64,000 bases of DNA from Squalus acanthias. Its lineage: Eukaryota. Positions 62,370 to 64,000 of this stretch are shown in pieces. The DNA is taken from NCBI GenBank assembly GCA_030390025.1, contig CM059428.1, positions 148,986,001-149,050,000 on the forward strand, given 5' to 3'. How positions within the stretch are numbered: position 1 is the first letter of the stretch; each line of letters opens with the position of its first letter. A program made the translations under genes and the position numbers. The notes under the pieces were generated by a model that made no database searches, was not told where the DNA came from, and saw only the letters and a program-made list of their open reading frames with translations.

Positions 62370-64000
62370 GTATCAACTACATATGGTTATGATATTGTGG
62401 CCATTACAGAAACATGGCTGCAGGGTGACAATGCCTGGGAATTAAACATACCAGGTTATTTAACGATCAGGAAGGACAGGCAGGAAGGAAGGGGAGGTGG
62501 GGTGGCTATGTTAATAAAGGAAGGAATCACTGTAATACAGAGTAATGATATTGGGTCAAAAAATCATGATAATGAAACAGTTTGGGTGGAGATAAGGAAT
62601 AATAAGGGGAAAAAAACACTAGTGGGCGTAGTCTATAGGCCTCCGAACAGTTGCAACTCTGTTGGACGGAGTATCAATCAGGAAATAGTTGAGGCATGTA
62701 ATAAGGGAACATCTATAATTATGGGGGATTTTAACTATCATATTAATTGGACAAATCAAATGGGGCAGGACTGCCTTGAGGATGAGTTCATTGAGTGTAT
62801 TAGGGATGGGTTTCTTGAGCAGTATGTAACTGAACCGACCAGGGGGCAAGCAACCTTAGATCTGGTCCTGTGTAACGAGACAGGATTAATTAAAAATGTC
62901 CTAGTAAAGGATCCCCTTGGAATGAGTGACCATAACATGGTTGAATTCCATATTCAATTAGAGGGTGAGAAGGTTGGATCTCAAACAAGCGTGCTAAGCT
63001 TGAATAAAGGAGACTATGAAGGTATGCGAGCGGAATTGAGTAGAGTGGATTGGGAAAATAGATTAAAGGGTAAGACGACACATGATCAGTGGTGTACATT
63101 CAAGGAGTTATTTTACAACTTCCAAAAAAAATATATTCCACTGAAAAGAAAAGGGTGTAAAAGAAAGGACAGTCATCCGTGGCTAAGTAAAGAAATTAAG
63201 GATAGTATTCGACTAAAAACAAGGGCATATAAGGTAGCGAAATCTAGTGGGAGGACAGAGGATTGGGAAAACTTTAAAAGGCAGCAAAAAATAACAAAAA
63301 GATTGATTAAGAAAGGGAAGATAGATTATGAAAGTAAATTAGCAAAAAATATAAAAACAGATAGTAAGAGTTTTTATAGTTATATAAAAAGAAAAAGGGT
63401 GGCTAAAGTAAATGTTGGTCCCTTAGAGGATGAGACCGGGAAATTAATGTTGGGAAATATGGAGATGGCAAAAACACTGAATGAATATTTTGTATCAGTT
63501 TTTACAGTAGAGGACACTAAGAATATCCCAACACTGGACAAACAGGGGGCTATAGGGGGAGAGGAGCTAAACACAATCAAAATCACTAAGGAAGTGGTAC
63601 TCGGTAAAATAATGGGACTCAAGGCGGATAAATCACCTGGACCTGATGGCTTACATCCTAGAGTCTTGAAGGAAGTGGCGGTAGGGATTGTAGATGCATT
63701 GGTAATAATTTTTCAAAACTCCCTGGATTCCGCTGAGGTCCCGGCAGACTGGAAAACTGCTAATGTAACACCCTTATTTAAAAAGGGCAGTAGACAGAAG
63801 GCTGGTAACTATAGACCGGTTAGCCTAACATCTGTGGTAGGTAAAATTTTGGAGTCCATTATTAAGGAAACAGTAACAGGACATTTGGATAATCATAATT
63901 TAATAGGACAAAGTCAGCATGGTTTTACGAAGGGGAAGTCATGTTTGACAAATTTGCTGGAGTTCTTTGAGGAAGTAACATATAGAGTGGATAAAGGGGA
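62370..64000 (+). mobile_element. Young CR1 LINE ORF2 (APE endonuclease plus start of RT), running off the window end
   Basis: My translation reads open: YDIVAITETWL, GGGVA, GVVYRPP, IIMGDFN, LDLVL, SDHN, KSPGPDG, NYRPVSLTS, QHGFTKGKSCLTNL. It is probably absent from the ORF track because no stop lies in the window. Confidence 0.93.

Larger units (their letters stand above)
9469..64000 (-). other. PARD3: Probable large PARD3 intron (more than 54 kb) upstream of the 92-bp exon
   Basis: The exon at 9468 starts with an acceptor in mid-protein, and no further Par-3 coding sequence was recognised upstream. A short exon could have been missed by eye. Confidence 0.65.

Overview
Vertebrate genomic DNA, most likely from a cartilaginous fish judged by the repeat repertoire. 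The window lies inside a PARD3 (Par-3) gene on the minus strand. Four coding exons with GT-AG boundaries and consistent phases can be read: 9377-9468, 8243-8326, 1458-1583 and 693-1075. They encode the pre-PDZ1 linker, PDZ1 and the PDZ1-PDZ2 linker. Everything from 9469 to the end appears to be one large upstream intron; I did not find the preceding exon. That intron is full of mobile DNA: many CR1 LINE fragments (two very young), a second CR1-group LINE lineage, L2-like 3' ends, tRNA-derived SINEs, Penelope-like element (PLE) fragments carrying hammerhead-ribozyme motifs, a 4.1-kb degenerate Harbinger transposon with convergent Myb/SANT and DDE genes, several Harbinger-type MITEs and a probable solo LTR. 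The most notable observations are (i) a TSD-flanked PLE 3' fragment with an apparently intact minimal hammerhead inside the Harbinger, (ii) a young CR1 with a perfect 62-bp inverted copy of its own 3' end at its 5' junction, and (iii) a fold-back PLE insertion with a 13-bp direct repeat. Repeat boundaries were read by eye and are approximate unless a TSD or TIR is given.
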